Shown piece by piece: positions 32,376-32,717 of a DNA stretch of 32,717 nucleotides. The position numbers were made by a program, and so were the translations under genes. Position 1 is the stretch's first letter. The number at the start of each line of letters is the position of its first letter. Source of the DNA: Octopus bimaculoides (lineage: Eukaryota); the NCBI RefSeq assembly GCF_001194135.2, contig NC_068983.1:131142958-131175674 (forward strand), read 5' to 3'. The notes beneath the pieces were generated by a model that saw nothing but the letters and a program-made list of their open reading frames with translations, did no database searches and was not told where the DNA came from.

Positions 32376-32717
32376 GTTGGCATTCCGTCGCTTACGACGT
32401 CGAAGGTTCCAGTTGATCCGATCAACGGAACAGCCTGCTCGTGAAATTAACGTGCAAGTGGCTGAGCACTCCACAGACACGTGTACCCTTAGCGTAGTTC
32501 TCGGGGGATATTCAGTGTAACACAGTGTGACAAGGCTGGCCCTTTGAAATACAGGTACAACAGAAACAGGAAGAAAGAGTGAGAGAAAGTTGTGGTGAAA
32601 GAGTGCAGCAGGGTTCGCCACCTTCCCCTGCCGGAGCCTTGTGGAGCTTTAGGTGTTTTCGCTCAATAAACACTAACAACGCCCGGTCTGGGAATCGAAA
32701 CCGCGATCCTATGACTG
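32376..32717 (-). mobile_element. tRNA-derived SINE family B, 5' end beyond the window
   Basis: High identity to 15742-16055; retains the B box GGTTTCGATTCC. Confidence 0.9.

Overview
AT-rich, microsatellite-dense eukaryotic DNA with five assembly gaps, each abutting a microsatellite. The repeat families look like those I recall from Octopus (cephalopod) genomes; this is an inference, not a search result. The only host coding sequence I can support is one 133-nt minus-strand exon (19550-19682) of a START-domain, STARD4/5/6-like lipid-transfer gene, so most of the window is probably intronic or intergenic. The rest is a TE graveyard: several tRNA-derived SINE families, RTE LINE fragments, R4/Dong-like and HERO/NeSL-like LINE fragments, two different Penelope-like elements (PLEs), two Tc1/mariner relics, MITE-like elements and minisatellites. 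Almost all ORFs in the supplied track are microsatellite, gap or SINE artefacts. The most interesting structure is the 3' terminal region of the younger PLE, where a tRNA-type Pol III promoter sits upstream of a minimal hammerhead-ribozyme motif with no Pol III terminator in between. Also notable are an R4/Dong-like LINE fragment embedded in an (ACAT)n tract and an inverted-repeat element whose interior is a copy of nearby DNA.
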